DNA of 64,000 nucleotides from Octopus sinensis (lineage: Eukaryota). This document shows, piece after piece, positions 13,298 to 24,686 of this stretch. A model generated the notes under the pieces. That model saw only the letters and a program-made list of their open reading frames with translations. It was not told the DNA's origin and did not search any database. Within the stretch, counting starts at the first letter, position 1. Each line of letters begins with the position of its first letter. Location: positions 12,338,001 through 12,402,000 of the forward strand of contig NC_043003.1 in assembly GCF_006345805.1 (NCBI RefSeq). Reading direction: 5' to 3'. A program made the position numbers and the translations under genes.

Positions 13298-15408
13298 GAA
13301 ACTGTGTGGAAGCTCATTGTATGTGTGTGTGTGTGTGAATATGTGTATGACTTTGTTTGTCACTCCCCCAACCTCAACAAAATGACAAGCACTGTTGGAT
13401 TGTTTACATCCCCATAACTTGGCAGTTTGGCAAAAGAGACTAATAGAATAAGTACCAAAGTTACAAAAAAATTATATGCACTCAGGTGAATTTGTTCAAC
13501 TAAACCCTACAAGGCCAGCCTCGAAAAGTAAAGTTGACCTCGGTGAAATTTGAACCTAGAGCATAACGTGAAAAACGATTGCTCTTAAGGAAAATGATTT
13601 ATTGAACCCGCAGTCTATCTTAGTAAAACACTCAGCAGTGTAGAAACTCTTGATTGAACAACAAAATGAAATATTACGTGTATCTGTGTCCTTTATGTAT
13701 GTGGCATAATTTTATAAGTGTTGTTTATAAAATTATGCATCTAAAATTATACAGTTCAAAAACTGTATCTCTATTTACAAAATATCATTTACATTTTTTT
13801 TCTATAAATTTGCAAATTTGGCTTTAGGCTCCATTATACATCCATATGTGAGTATGCATTAAAAAATGAGTATTACTATTTGAAAGTGTTTATAATGTTT
13901 ATTTTAATATTTTTATACATCTTAATGTAGCGTGTTTTTAAAAATATGGTATATTAATGTGTATTTCTAAAAGTTTAGAACTTATACTATTTTAAAGTAA
14001 ATTTCTCTCTCTCTCTCTCACACACACACATACACACACACACACGCTCATACACACACACACACACATACACACACACACACACACACAGCATTTTTGT
14101 AGATGAATCAGATTTGTTTTTCTCCCTACTTACAGACTGTAAACTGTTGGATGATGTATTATGAAAACATAAACTTGTATTTTGTATACATAAAATTCAG
14201 ATGGATTACACTTTCATTCTCTGTGTCTATTAGTGTGTGTGTGTGTGTTTTAGAAGGTGGGGTGCGTATTTTGGTTGGTAAGATCTTCTTTTGCTAACAG
14301 TACAAGCTGTGGAACCATATCCATTTGAAACTGTAGGATCTTAGGGGAACGGAATAGATTATGTTTTGGACTATGTTTATGGAATTAACTACCTAGAGAG
14401 AATATACCTTAACCTACAAGTAAATTTTTATGTTTACATCTTTCTACTTACATATTGTGATATAGGCTGTTAATGATTCTTGGTAGCTATAAATGGCCAG
14501 AACTGGAGAATTATAGTGATAGATGTTTTGAAACTAGCTTGGACTAAAAGATTTCTGATGTTACCACGTGATGTTTTATGAGAGGGCGTGGTAGTCTGAA
14601 TGATTAACAGCAAGAGATAGAAAAATGATTTAGTTTCACTTTCCATCAAATGTTTCTGTAACAAACTCATTTCATGTTATTTTTGTTTTTGTTTATATGT
14701 TTTATTTATTTAAATAATAACGGAGCAGAATATAACAAATTGTTTTTCTTCAAAATTAATTAAAGCTTTTCGTTTTTTAATTCATGAAAATATTATAACT
14801 GCAGGCATTGCTGTGTAGTTAAGAGGCTTGCTTCCCAACCACTTAGCTTTCGGTTCAGTTCCACTTCATGGCACCTTAGGCAAGTATCTTCTACTGTAGC
14901 CTTATACTGATCGAAACCTTGTGAGTTGATTTGGAAGATGAAAACTGAAAGAAACTCATCACATTCACACACCACACCACACTCGTCTTTGTCAGTTGGC
15001 ATCTTGTCTTGATATCTTGTGATAGTAGAAAACAAGTGTTGCCATCATACAAGTGATGTCTATTATTTCCTTACATCTGTCCAGCTATAAGAAAATATTA
15101 CCACACTTGGAAGTAAAATAAGTACCTATAATATATTATGTTGATTTGGAAAATTGGGCATCATCATCATTATCATCATCATAATGTCCTCTTTTTCATG
15201 TTTGCATGGGTTGAATAGAATTTGATAAGGCAGATTTTCTACAGTTTGATGCCTTTCTTGTCACCAACCCTTACTTGTTTCTAAGTAAAGTAATATTTCC
15301 CTATGACCAGACATGAAGTCAAAGCAAAGAAACAGTAACACACACAACAGGCTTCTTTCAGTTTCCATCTGCCAAATCTGCTTATAAGGTTTTGGTCAGC
15401 TTGGGGCT

Positions 15409-15635
15409 GCTGGCAAAAACGTTAGCACGCCGGGCGAAATGCTTAGGGGTATTTCATCTGCCGTTACGTTGTGAGCTCAAATTCCGCCGAGGTCGACTTT
15501 GCCTTTCATCCTTTCGGGGTCGATAAATTAAGTACCAGTTACTCACTGGGGTCGATGTAATCGACTTAATACCTATGTCTGTCCTTGTTTGTTCCCTCTG
15601 TGTTTAGCCCCTTGTGGGTAATAAAGAAATAGGTA
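15409..15635 (+). mobile_element. CORE-type SINE B (young) inside a minus-strand SINE A
   Basis: GCTGGCAAAAACGTTAGCACGCCGGGCGAAATGC...CTTTGCCTTTCATCCTTTCGGGGTCGATAAATTAAGTACCAG (CORE-like domain)...AATAAAGAAATA. CpGs are intact. Confidence 0.9.
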
Positions 15636-15951
15636 AATACCACTTGTTCAAGTTGCCACACAGTGAGACTGAACCAGAAACCATATGGTTGGTAAGCAAA
15701 CTTCTTATAACATAACCACCCTATGCCTATGTATTGTACATATAGAGGAAACTGGTATTATATACTCTGTATATAAAATCAGTATTATGGAATCTTAATA
15801 TAATTGTGACAGTGAGTCTTCTAAAATCTTCTAAAATTGTGATGATGAGTACATTTAAAATCTTATTTATTGACCCTTATCAAACAGTAGATAAATAAAG
15901 TTTGTTTAGGCTTTAGTATATTATAAAAATTTCTATTTTCTTTTGTTTCAG

Positions 15952-16143
15952 GGTGGTGCCAATATCGGGGAGACATTTGAGGAGAAGATCACTCGCCTTG
16001 AGTCAGATAAACAAAACTTGTTGCTACAAATCGGTGTGCTTAAAGACCAGTTGGAGGCTAAAGGTGATAAAATCCGAGAGCTTGAGTACAGTCTGGAAGA
16101 CAAGAGATCTCGACTATTCACGACAGAACAAATGCTACAAAAT
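15952..16143 (+). CDS. PPFIBP1: Internal coding exon of liprin-beta (PPFIBP1/2 ortholog), N-terminal coiled coil
   Basis: Acceptor ttttcttttgtttcag|GGT and donor AAT|gtatgt; 192 nt, phase 0-0. Peptide GGANIGETFEEKITRLESDKQNLLLQIGVLKDQLEAKGDKIRELEYSLEDKRSRLFTTEQMLQN aligns by eye with vertebrate liprin-beta YQERLARLENDKESLVLQVSVLTDQVEAQGEKIRDLEFCLEEHREKVNATEEMLQ (recalled). The symbol denotes family orthology, not the paralog. Confidence 0.9.
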
Positions 16144-16267
16144 GTATGTATATAAAGTTTAATACTAAGTTTTAGTGGCTAAATTTGTAAAACAAGTATC
16201 GGTAATTATTCCCAGGCATTCTTTATACAAGTTATTATTATTATTTGAATATCTCAACGACAACATT

Positions 16268-16272
16268 TATAT

Positions 16273-16369
<97 letters not shown>
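16268..16369. repeat. (TA)n(TG)n microsatellite ~125 nt downstream of the exon donor
   Basis: Directly visible. Confidence 0.98.
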
Positions 16370-16375
16370 AAATGT

Positions 16376-16668
16376 GAAGGTGCATAGCTTAGTGGTTAGT
16401 GTGTTGCACTCATGACTGCGAGATCGTGGGTTGATTCCAGACCAGGCGTTGCGTTGTGTCCTTGAGCAAAGCACTTCATTCCACGTTGTTCTGCAATCAT
16501 ATCAACTGACATGTGGCACACAGTGCACCTGTACAGGTAATGTTGATATGATGGAGGGAGTGAGCTTATATGTACACAAACATTTGATCAATATAAACAA
16601 ATCATCTATGTGGTTGTTCCGCAAGAAATTGCTGAACCCTCATATATTGTCTAATGACGGGAGAGTCT
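16376..16668 (+). mobile_element. tRNA-derived SINE
   Basis: A box TAGCTTAGTGGTTAG and B-box-like GGGTTGATTCC, followed by a CTTGAGCAAAGCACTT body. Confidence 0.7.
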
Positions 16669-16884
16669 CTCTCTATATATATATATTCTGTTGTGTCTGG
16701 GGAGAGTCATTCTCTTTTAGTGCCTTATTATTTAACACACTCACTGGTAAAATTTCCACTTATTTCTTATTTTTATTTTCTAAAATTTTCGTTGCGTCTT
16801 GCAACCTTTTCAATAGATTGACTCTGTCCGCTATTTACATTGCGTTCTCTTTTGTTTATTTGTGCTCATGTGTGTAGGTCAGTG

Positions 16885-17070
16885 TGTGTGTGTGTGTGTG
16901 TGCCTATACTTGCATATATATACGTATGTATGTGTGTGTGTGTGTTTGCATGTGTATGTATGTATATATATATGTGTGTGTGTGTGTTTGCATGTGTATG
17001 TATGTATATATATATGTGTGTGTGTGTGTTTGCATGTGTATGTATGTATATATATATGTGTGTGTACATC
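16885..17070. repeat. Compound TG/TATG/TA minisatellite (about three 38-bp units)
   Basis: Repeated GTGTGTGTTTGCATGTGTATGTATGTATATATATAT. It accounts for the spurious CV/HT-rich ORFs here. Confidence 0.9.
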
Positions 17071-17544
17071 TGTATGTACATATCCTGCATATTTATGTGC
17101 TTGCCAGTCCGTGTTTGTGTATTTTCTATGTATGCGTGTGTGAGCATGTGTTTGTATATGTATGCACCTCTGTCTCCTTGTGTGTGCATATCTGTGTGTG
17201 TTATGTAACTATGTACCATGTTTGTATGTATGGATGTGCATCTTTATATGTGTGGATCCGTGTCTCCATATGTGTCTGTTCTTGTAACCTATGTACCTAT
17301 CCGTCTGTATGTTGATCTGTTTATTTACATATCTAAATGCTTACATACAGAAATAAAAAAATAAAAAATATAAAATATAAAGAATAAAAAATATAAAATA
17401 TAAAAAATATAACAAAAACAAAAAATAATAATGGTTAAAAAAAGGCATACACACACTCACACCCACATACATACATACATTTATCTACCTAACAGTCCAC
17501 TAACTATTCTACTCTACCTGTGTAAACTGTGGGTATGGAGGTAT

Positions 17545-18630
17545 GGTATTTATTGTGTATATTTCCTATTTAATATTGGGGAAGTTTCATTTATAAGGAC
17601 GTACTCCCGTATTTGTCTGAGTGTTGGGTCTTTTGGGTGCTTGGATAAGATGTGGATGTCAAGTTGACCCAAGTAACCTCCATGGTGGTCTTTGGCATGT
17701 TGGTAGAGTATGGAGGACTGTTTTCTCTTGTCATATTGTCTTAGATGCTCATTTATCCGTTCCGCAATGCTCCTAGACGTCTCCCCTATGTACATCATGT
17801 TCATGTCCTTACAAGCACCTATGCATCTTATGCTGTAAACTACATTTTGAGTTCCACAGTTAATACCAGGGCTAATTCTACATACCATGCAGTTATCATT
17901 GGTGCATATGGTATTCTTAAACGGGTACGTCCTACATAGTTGTGATCTGACGGAGTTCCCTGGCTTTTCAGCAATTTTAATGTTGATTTTGGTCTCCTTC
18001 AGAGCTTTTCTAAATCTACGGGCTAGTTCTCCATGGGCTGTGGCCTCTACAAACATCACTCCTTGATATTTGTCGGTTTTATACCACGTGTTCGCCCTGA
18101 TTGCTTTGTAACAAGCTCTTTGTATTCTATTTCATTCTTTGTTTCTATATCTAGGGCAGGTACCACTGGTATCATTACGTATAATGTTATCTAATTTCTT
18201 TCTAGACCCCTTGTATGCATGAACCCTATCTTTTTGATCATATCCAGAGAACTGCATGCGGTGTATGAAGTTCTGTATATGTTTCTTCATTTCACAGGGT
18301 TTGCATAGTGGGGACACATTGTTCATTATTCTAACTAGGTCTGCTATTAGTATATGTTAATTTTCATGTTGTGTGACAAAGCTGAGTTCTTGTGAACAAC
18401 ATATTTTGAAGTTACAGGTTTCATGTAATAAGAGTGGTGGAGCTGCACTCTATTGTTCACAGTCTCTAACCAAAGTTCAGTATCAAGTACAGGTAGTCTA
18501 TTGTTAGGGTTCTTAGTGGGGTAATCTATAGTTACCTTGGTACTTTGGTGAATGGTTGAGTATGCAGATGTCAGGATGGGTTGTATGGTTCTTTTGTTTG
18601 ATCTTATTCTCAGCAGGCCCCCCTCCTCGT
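17545..18630 (-). mobile_element. Penelope-like element, 5'-truncated (RT thumb, Cys-rich linker, C-terminal GIY-YIG endonuclease)
   Basis: VTIDYPTKNPNNRLPVLDTELW..YMKP (RT C-terminus), then MFVEATAHGELARR, CTNDNCMVC..NC..NVVYSIRC..MYIGETSRSIAERINEH. Disrupted by a 2-nt insertion near 18352 and a TGA at 18132-18134. Sequence above ~18630 is a SINE A head. Confidence 0.9.
17550..18059 (-). CDS. GIY-YIG endonuclease portion of the Penelope-like ORF
   Basis: VVYSIRC / YIGETSR / RINEH / REYVLIN..PILN motifs in the 169-aa ORF. Confidence 0.85.
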   Translation of the reverse strand: MMFVEATAHGELARRFRKALKETKINIKIAEKPGNSVRSQLCRTYPFKNTICTNDNCMVCRISPGINCGTQNVVYSIRCIGACKDMNMMYIGETSRSIAERINEHLRQYDKRKQSSILYQHAKDHHGGYLGQLDIHILSKHPKDPTLRQIREYVLINETSPILNRKYTQ

Positions 18631-18771
18631 ATATGGCTGTATGGTTATTAAAACCCACAAGGTTTTGCATTCCATTCTACTTTGTAGCACCTTGAGCAAG
18701 TGTCTTTTTCTCTAGCCTTAGTCCTATTAATGCCTTGTCAGTGAAATTTTGGTTGCTAGAAATGTATGATA

Positions 18772-19005
18772 AAAAGCGGCGAGCTGGCAGAAACGTTAGC
18801 ACGCCAGGCGAAATGCTTAGCAGTATTTTGCCTGCCATTATGTTCTGAGTTCAAATACTGCCAAAGTCGACTTTGCCTTTCATCCTTTCGGGGTCGATAA
18901 ATTAAGTACTAGTTACGCACTGGGGTCGATGTAATCGACTTAATCCCTTTGTCCGTCCTTGTTTGTCCCCTCTATGTTTAGCCCCTTGTGGGCAATAAAG
19001 AAATG
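18772..19005 (+). mobile_element. CORE-type SINE B nested in SINE A
   Basis: Full monomer. TSD AGAAATG(T/A)ATGATA at 18758-18771 and 19006-19019. Confidence 0.9.
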
Positions 19006-19427
19006 AGAAATGAATGATAGCCTGCTCTGTGTGTGTATGTTTGCATTATATATATAAAGGAAAAAAAAGAAGATCGATTAATCAGATCGAGGGAAATCAA
19101 TAGCAAATCACACTGTGTTTTGGGTAGGCAGTTTATTCCAAATATAACATGTAATTTAATCATTCAAATTGTTGGTCAATGCAGAATTGAAAGGGCAGTT
19201 CACGGGCATCGGGTTACCTACAAATCCAAGAATTTACCATAGGAATAATTGGTACATTGGTGTAATGTAATTTATAGTTTTAAGGGTTCAGTGACTGGGT
19301 AATACCCTAGGATACCCATTTGTTTCATTCCTATTATTGATTTAACACATTAACTACCGTGGCCTGTTACTGAAACTTACTGGATGACCCCACATATTTT
19401 ACTTGCTATTGTTCTCAATGCAATATT

Positions 19428-19828
19428 TATTTTTTTATTGCTCGCAGGGGGCTAAACATAGAGGGGACAAACAAGGACAGACAAAGGGATTAAGTCGATT
19501 ACATCGACCCCAATGCGTAACAAGTACTTATTGAATCGACCCTGAAAGGACAAAAAGCAAAATAAACTTTGGCGGAATTTCAACTCAATGAAATACTGGC
19601 AGATGAAATACCTATTTCTTTATTACCCACAAGGGGCTAAACACAGAGGAGACAAACAAGGACAGACATAGGTATTAAGTCGATTACATCGACCCCAGTG
19701 CATAACTGGTACTTAATTTATCGACCCCGAAAGGATGAAAGGCAAAGTCGAACTCAGAACGTAACGGCAGATGAAATACCACTAAGCATTGTGCCCAGCA
19801 TGCTAACGTTTCTACCAGCTTGCTGCAC
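19428..19828 (-). mobile_element. Head-to-tail dimer of CORE-type SINE B
   Basis: Two monomers with the junction AAAGAAATA|GGTATTTCA. An 18-bp TSD TGTTCTCAATGCAATATT lies at 19410-19427 and 19829-19846. Confidence 0.85.
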
Positions 19829-22068
19829 TGTTCTCAATGCAATATTATTGTATTTCAGCACTCATGTTATTTAAATATCCTTGAAACCATGTCAAAGATA
19901 CAGAATAAAACATTTTCTTAAATTATGAAAATGTACCACCAATAGAGCATATGGTGATCGTGTGAAGTTTGTAATGAACCACCAGTAGTATATGTGGCAG
20001 TTTATGTGTTAATTTCCTTCTCTTTCACTGAACTGCTAAAACTATTCACTAACATCCCAAAATGTCCATGCTTTGAGTGTTTGTGTGTTTATTTTCACTT
20101 TCCTGATTCTGGATAGTTTCCATTTATGAAATTAGTCATGATGTAATGTGCTTTCCTCACACTCAGTCCAGATTAGGATCGGGTATGGCTGTATGGTTAA
20201 GAAGGTTACTTTGTGACTACAAGCTTTTAGGTTCAGTCCCACTGCACAGCACCTTGGGCAGGTGTCTTTTACTATAGCCCCAGATTGACTGTTTCCATGT
20301 GCAGGAATTTGGAAGCCAAAAATTGTGAGGAAGACCATTGAATGTGTATGTATTGTGTTTGTCACCACCACTGCAGGAAAACATACCAATTAGATAAATA
20401 ACAGACTTTTAAAAAATAAGCACCAAGGGTCTATTTATTCAACTAATCCTTTCACAGATTTTGTTACACGTCATAGAGTTACTTGTATGTCTCATCATAG
20501 TTCGGCAGTTTGTTTGGCTGTTTCATCGACTCTCAATATATGATGTATTGAAGTTTCGTACTGGAATTTGATCTATTGGAAATGTGTTTTTCAATAAATA
20601 TAACTGACTCAGTCTGATCCTACGAAGAGCTCTATTTTAAGTTGAAATCGATTGAGAGTCGCTTGGCAAGGGAAATAATATACACATGTATTTCAAGAAT
20701 TATTTCCCTTAGTTAAAAAATATTTTACGAAACACCACAAAAATTTTTTTTTTATTTGTTGCAAGAAGTAACTATGCTATTTTGATTTTTAAATCACTTA
20801 AATTGAATGTATAAACAAAAATAATGGTCCCCCGTCCCCAGTTAACAAACTCTAGACCTCGCCACCCAAAATCATGAGATACTTCCCTCCATCTCTCCAG
20901 TTTTTTGTCACTGTCTCCTCAGATATTACGACTATTGCTCCATCTATTTATTTATTTTCTTTTTTTATTAAGGATTGTATTCCTATCCTTCAGTCATGTT
21001 TGCGTTACAATCTGTTGTAACTGAAACCAACCATTAACTATGCTACCTTCTCATATCTCTATTATCTTGTCTAAAATTGCTTTACAATAAAATCAGCACA
21101 TTATCCCTTCACTTCTGTGGAGTAATTTAGAAGCTATAAAATTATTCAAAATCAGTATATTGCTGGCATTTGTTTTATGAACTGTAAAGTGAGGAAGAGC
21201 AAAACAGTCTTATTTATTTGAATTCACAACAAAAGCATGTGAATGGATGGAAACTGAAAAAAGCCCATCATATGTGTGTGTGTGCACGTGCAAGTTTGAG
21301 TTTCAAATTTCGACACTAGGCTAGCAATTTTGAGTGTTAGTCAATACTGATGACCTCAATGCTTGACTAGTACTTTATTTCATTGAACGTATAAAGATGA
21401 AAAGCAATGTTGACCTCGGTGGGATATAAAAAATATGGTTAAAGAATTTATACATATTCAAGAAGGTTTGCTGATCTCTCCTCCTTCTTCTCCTCATCGT
21501 CATTGTCATCATCATCATCTGACGTTCCTTTTTCTTTGTTGGTTTGGGTTAGATAGTTTGACAAGAAGTGATGAATCAGAGGACTCCAACAGTTTCTATG
21601 TCTGCTTTGGCATGGTTTCTACAGCTGGATGCCTTTCCTAATGCCAACCGCTTTACAGAAGGTACTGTGTGCATTTTGCAGTGTACCAGTACTGCTAAGG
21701 TCCCCAAGTATCTGCAAAATAAGATGCTTTGATTCTGCAAGGTATAGATTGGAGAAAGAAACTATGATAGAGAGAGGGTAGTAAGTGTCTTGCTGAAGAG
21801 GTGAATACATGGCTTGCACACTTGGAAAGTTAGAGAGAGAAAGAAAGAGATGTGAGGTTTAGGTACAGCATGAATATGAGACAGAATAAGGAATGCACTG
21901 AATGAAAATAGTGTGTCAGATGATTAGAGATAGGGAATAAGATGGAACCAGAGGATATCAGTTTGGTGTAATGGGTAGTGAAGAAAGTTGAAAATGGATT
22001 GTGGGAGAAGGTTTGACAGTCTCAATTATGCTGAGATGGACGGGTCTTTTCAAGTACAACATAATGCC

Positions 22069-22302
22069 TATTTCTTTACTGCCCACAAGGGGCTAAACAC
22101 AGAGAGGACAAACAAGGACAGACAAACGGATTAAGTCAATTATATTGACCCCAGTGCGTAACTGGTACTTATTTAATTGACCTCAAAAGCATGAACGGCA
22201 AAGTCGACCTCGGCGGAATTTGAACTCAGGACGTAGCAGCAGATGGAATGCCACTAAGCATTTCGCCTGGCGTGCTAACGATTCTGCCAAGCTCTCCGCC
22301 TT
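22069..22302 (-). mobile_element. CORE-type SINE B
   Basis: Full monomer flanked by TAATGCC on both sides. Confidence 0.85.
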
Positions 22303-23124
22303 TAATGCCATTCATCTTGGTCCCCTATCATCTCTTCGTGGAGGCTCGACATCTTGGGGTCAGTCTTCACCATTTCATTCCACATCTTCTTCGGTCTACC
22401 TCTTCCCCATGTTCCTTCCACATTTAGTGATCATCACTTCTTTACATAGCTATCCTCATCCACCCTTACCAGGCAGTTCTAATTCTGCATGTGACAAAAA
22501 TTAGGAGAGGAGTTCATAATGAGCTCAGTTCCAGCACTGAGGATGGTGCTGAATATTTGTCAAACAAAGTTCTTTACCCTACTGTTAGCAGCTGTTACTG
22601 ATCTACAAAACAGAATATAGAGCCTCTCTTCCTCCCATCACCTTCTATAGCATCACATCCCATCACATAGCAGCCAACATCTTTAGTGCTGAGTATATAC
22701 TCTCTACTGTGATAGTACTGCATTTTTATTTCTTCCTTTATATATTTCTCTTCAAATTATCCTTTTCTAATTCATGCATACTGTGTGTGTTTAAAAGTTG
22801 TTTCAATTTTGCATAGAAGTAATTACATTACTTATCTGATTTTTTTTAATTAAAAGAATTTTTTGAAAATAATTCCATGAGAACACCTCTCAATTTCTAA
22901 CAAGGAAAGCAATGAACTTATTTTGCATATACATATATAAAAGAGGTGAGGACCGAAATCCTTCAAAGGGGTGTCAAACATCCAAGTCCGCCAGTACAGT
23001 CTAAGTAAAGAATATATATAAAATATATATATTCAGTATTTGCAAAAACAATACACGAAGTATAAGGAAAGGAAAAAATTGTAGGTGTAGATGATCTTTA
23101 ATTCATAATCCAGGTTGGTACAGA

Positions 23125-23230
23125 TCCAATGTACATTCTATGAATTGTTTCGGAGTCTAATTAATTCCAAAGACAAAAAACGAAAAACTCTTCTTGAAAT
23201 AAAAATTAGATTCTTCATCAGGAACTACAT
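23125..23230 (-). ncRNA. Decayed hammerhead-ribozyme-like motif, probably in a Penelope-type remnant
   Basis: Minus strand: CTGATGA, then AGAATCTAATT..AATTAGACTCC (stem II, 2 mismatches), then GAAAC-AATTC-ATA-GAAT-GTA. Stem I is not convincing. Confidence 0.4.
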
Positions 23231-23316
23231 ACTGGTTTGAATAATTACGACCAACAAAAATATACAAAAACCTTTCATAGCCCAGATGGGAACGAACGAA
23301 TGATAACTATTAACTA

Positions 23317-23552
23317 CAGGGTGTTCAAAAAGTCTCTCCTTAGTAAGTATTTTATTGCAAAATAAATATTTATAAGATGGTATAAGGCTACAAAAGAATA
23401 TATTAGACTTTACAAGATTTAAAAAAAACTTTATAAGAGGTGTTGAAAGTGTCGGCCTTCATTTTCAATACATAAGTTGACTCTTCTACACATGTTTTGA
23501 AATGCATCTTGGATGAAATAATTCACTGTGGAGAGACTTTTTGAACACCCTG
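23317..23552. mobile_element. Tc1/mariner-type MITE (internal deletion derivative)
   Basis: Perfect 23-bp terminal inverted repeats (TIRs) CAGGGTGTTCAAAAAGTCTCTCC with a TA left flank. The minus strand retains a transposase C-terminus AFQNMCRRVNLCIENEGRHFQHLL*. Confidence 0.92.
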
Positions 23553-23563
23553 TGTGTATGTGT

Positions 23564-23592
23564 GTATATATATATATTATATATATATATAT

Positions 23593-23641
<49 letters not shown>

Positions 23642-23652
23642 CATACATATAT

Positions 23653-23696
<44 letters not shown>
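23564..23696. repeat. (TA)n-rich microsatellite
   Basis: Directly visible. Confidence 0.95.
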
Positions 23697-23700
<4 letters not shown>

Positions 23701-24686
23701 GGCATAGCTGTGTGGTAAGAAGTTTGCTTCCCAACCACATAGTTCCGGGTTCAGTCCTATTGTCTTCAACTACAACACCAGGCTAACCAAAGCCGTATGA
23801 GTGGATTTAGTAGACAGAAACTGAAAGAAGCTCATTGTGTGTCATCATCATCATCGTCGTTTAACATCTGCTTTCCATGCTAGCATGGGTTGGACGATTT
23901 GACAGGGCTGGCGACACCGGCATGAGTACACAAACATGATGATAAAATGTGTGTATGTATGTTAGTGTTTCCTTGTCTTGACATTGTATGATTGCTATAA
24001 AATGAGTGTCACTGTCATCCGAGCGGTGTCATTCATTTCCAGTATCCTGTGAGAACATATGTAGCCATGGGGGAAATATTACCTTGCTTGGAAACAGGTG
24101 GCGGCAGGCTTGGCAACAGTAAGGGCATCCGGTCAAAGAATATTTACCACAATAAACCCCATTTGATCTATGCAAATATGGAAAAGTGAACGTGATGATG
24201 GTGTGTGTGTTTATATTATACACACACACACACTCATATACACACACTCATATATGTTTATGCGGTGTGCATGGGTGCATATATATTACCTCTTTTTACA
24301 TACAATGTGAGGAATTTATATAAATAAATCAGGATGAAACAAAGAGAGTAGTATTATACTCAAGTGGATAAAAGGAAGTAAACTTGATAAGATACTGATG
24401 GTAATATCTTCAGGAAATCAAATGATGAATATGTACATTCATTGCCCTGTGATGATGATGTAACTCTATATATGTAATGACTATGTATCCAATGACAATT
24501 GTTTGATATGTCACCATGCTGGCGGTGTCCTGTTATATACTTCACTGTTTAAAAGTGCTTTTTTTTTTATTTAAAAGGTTACATTTTAAAACATAGAAGT
24601 TAAGTTACTGACATATTGTCTCTAGTTTTGAGCTACAGCAGTGTTGGGACAGATCACATGAATATCCAAAATCGTATTATATTTGA

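Noticed and set aside
16431-17315. Several 90-150 aa ORFs rich in C/V/Y/I/H/T
   Set aside because: They are translations of TG/TA microsatellites. The same applies to 23431-23769 and 43177-43705.
18132-18134. In-frame TGA in the Penelope-like ORF as selenocysteine
   Set aside because: The position fits a Trp codon mutated TGG to TGA. The copy also has a frameshift, the endonuclease is C-terminal, and I see no SECIS-like motif after the ORF.
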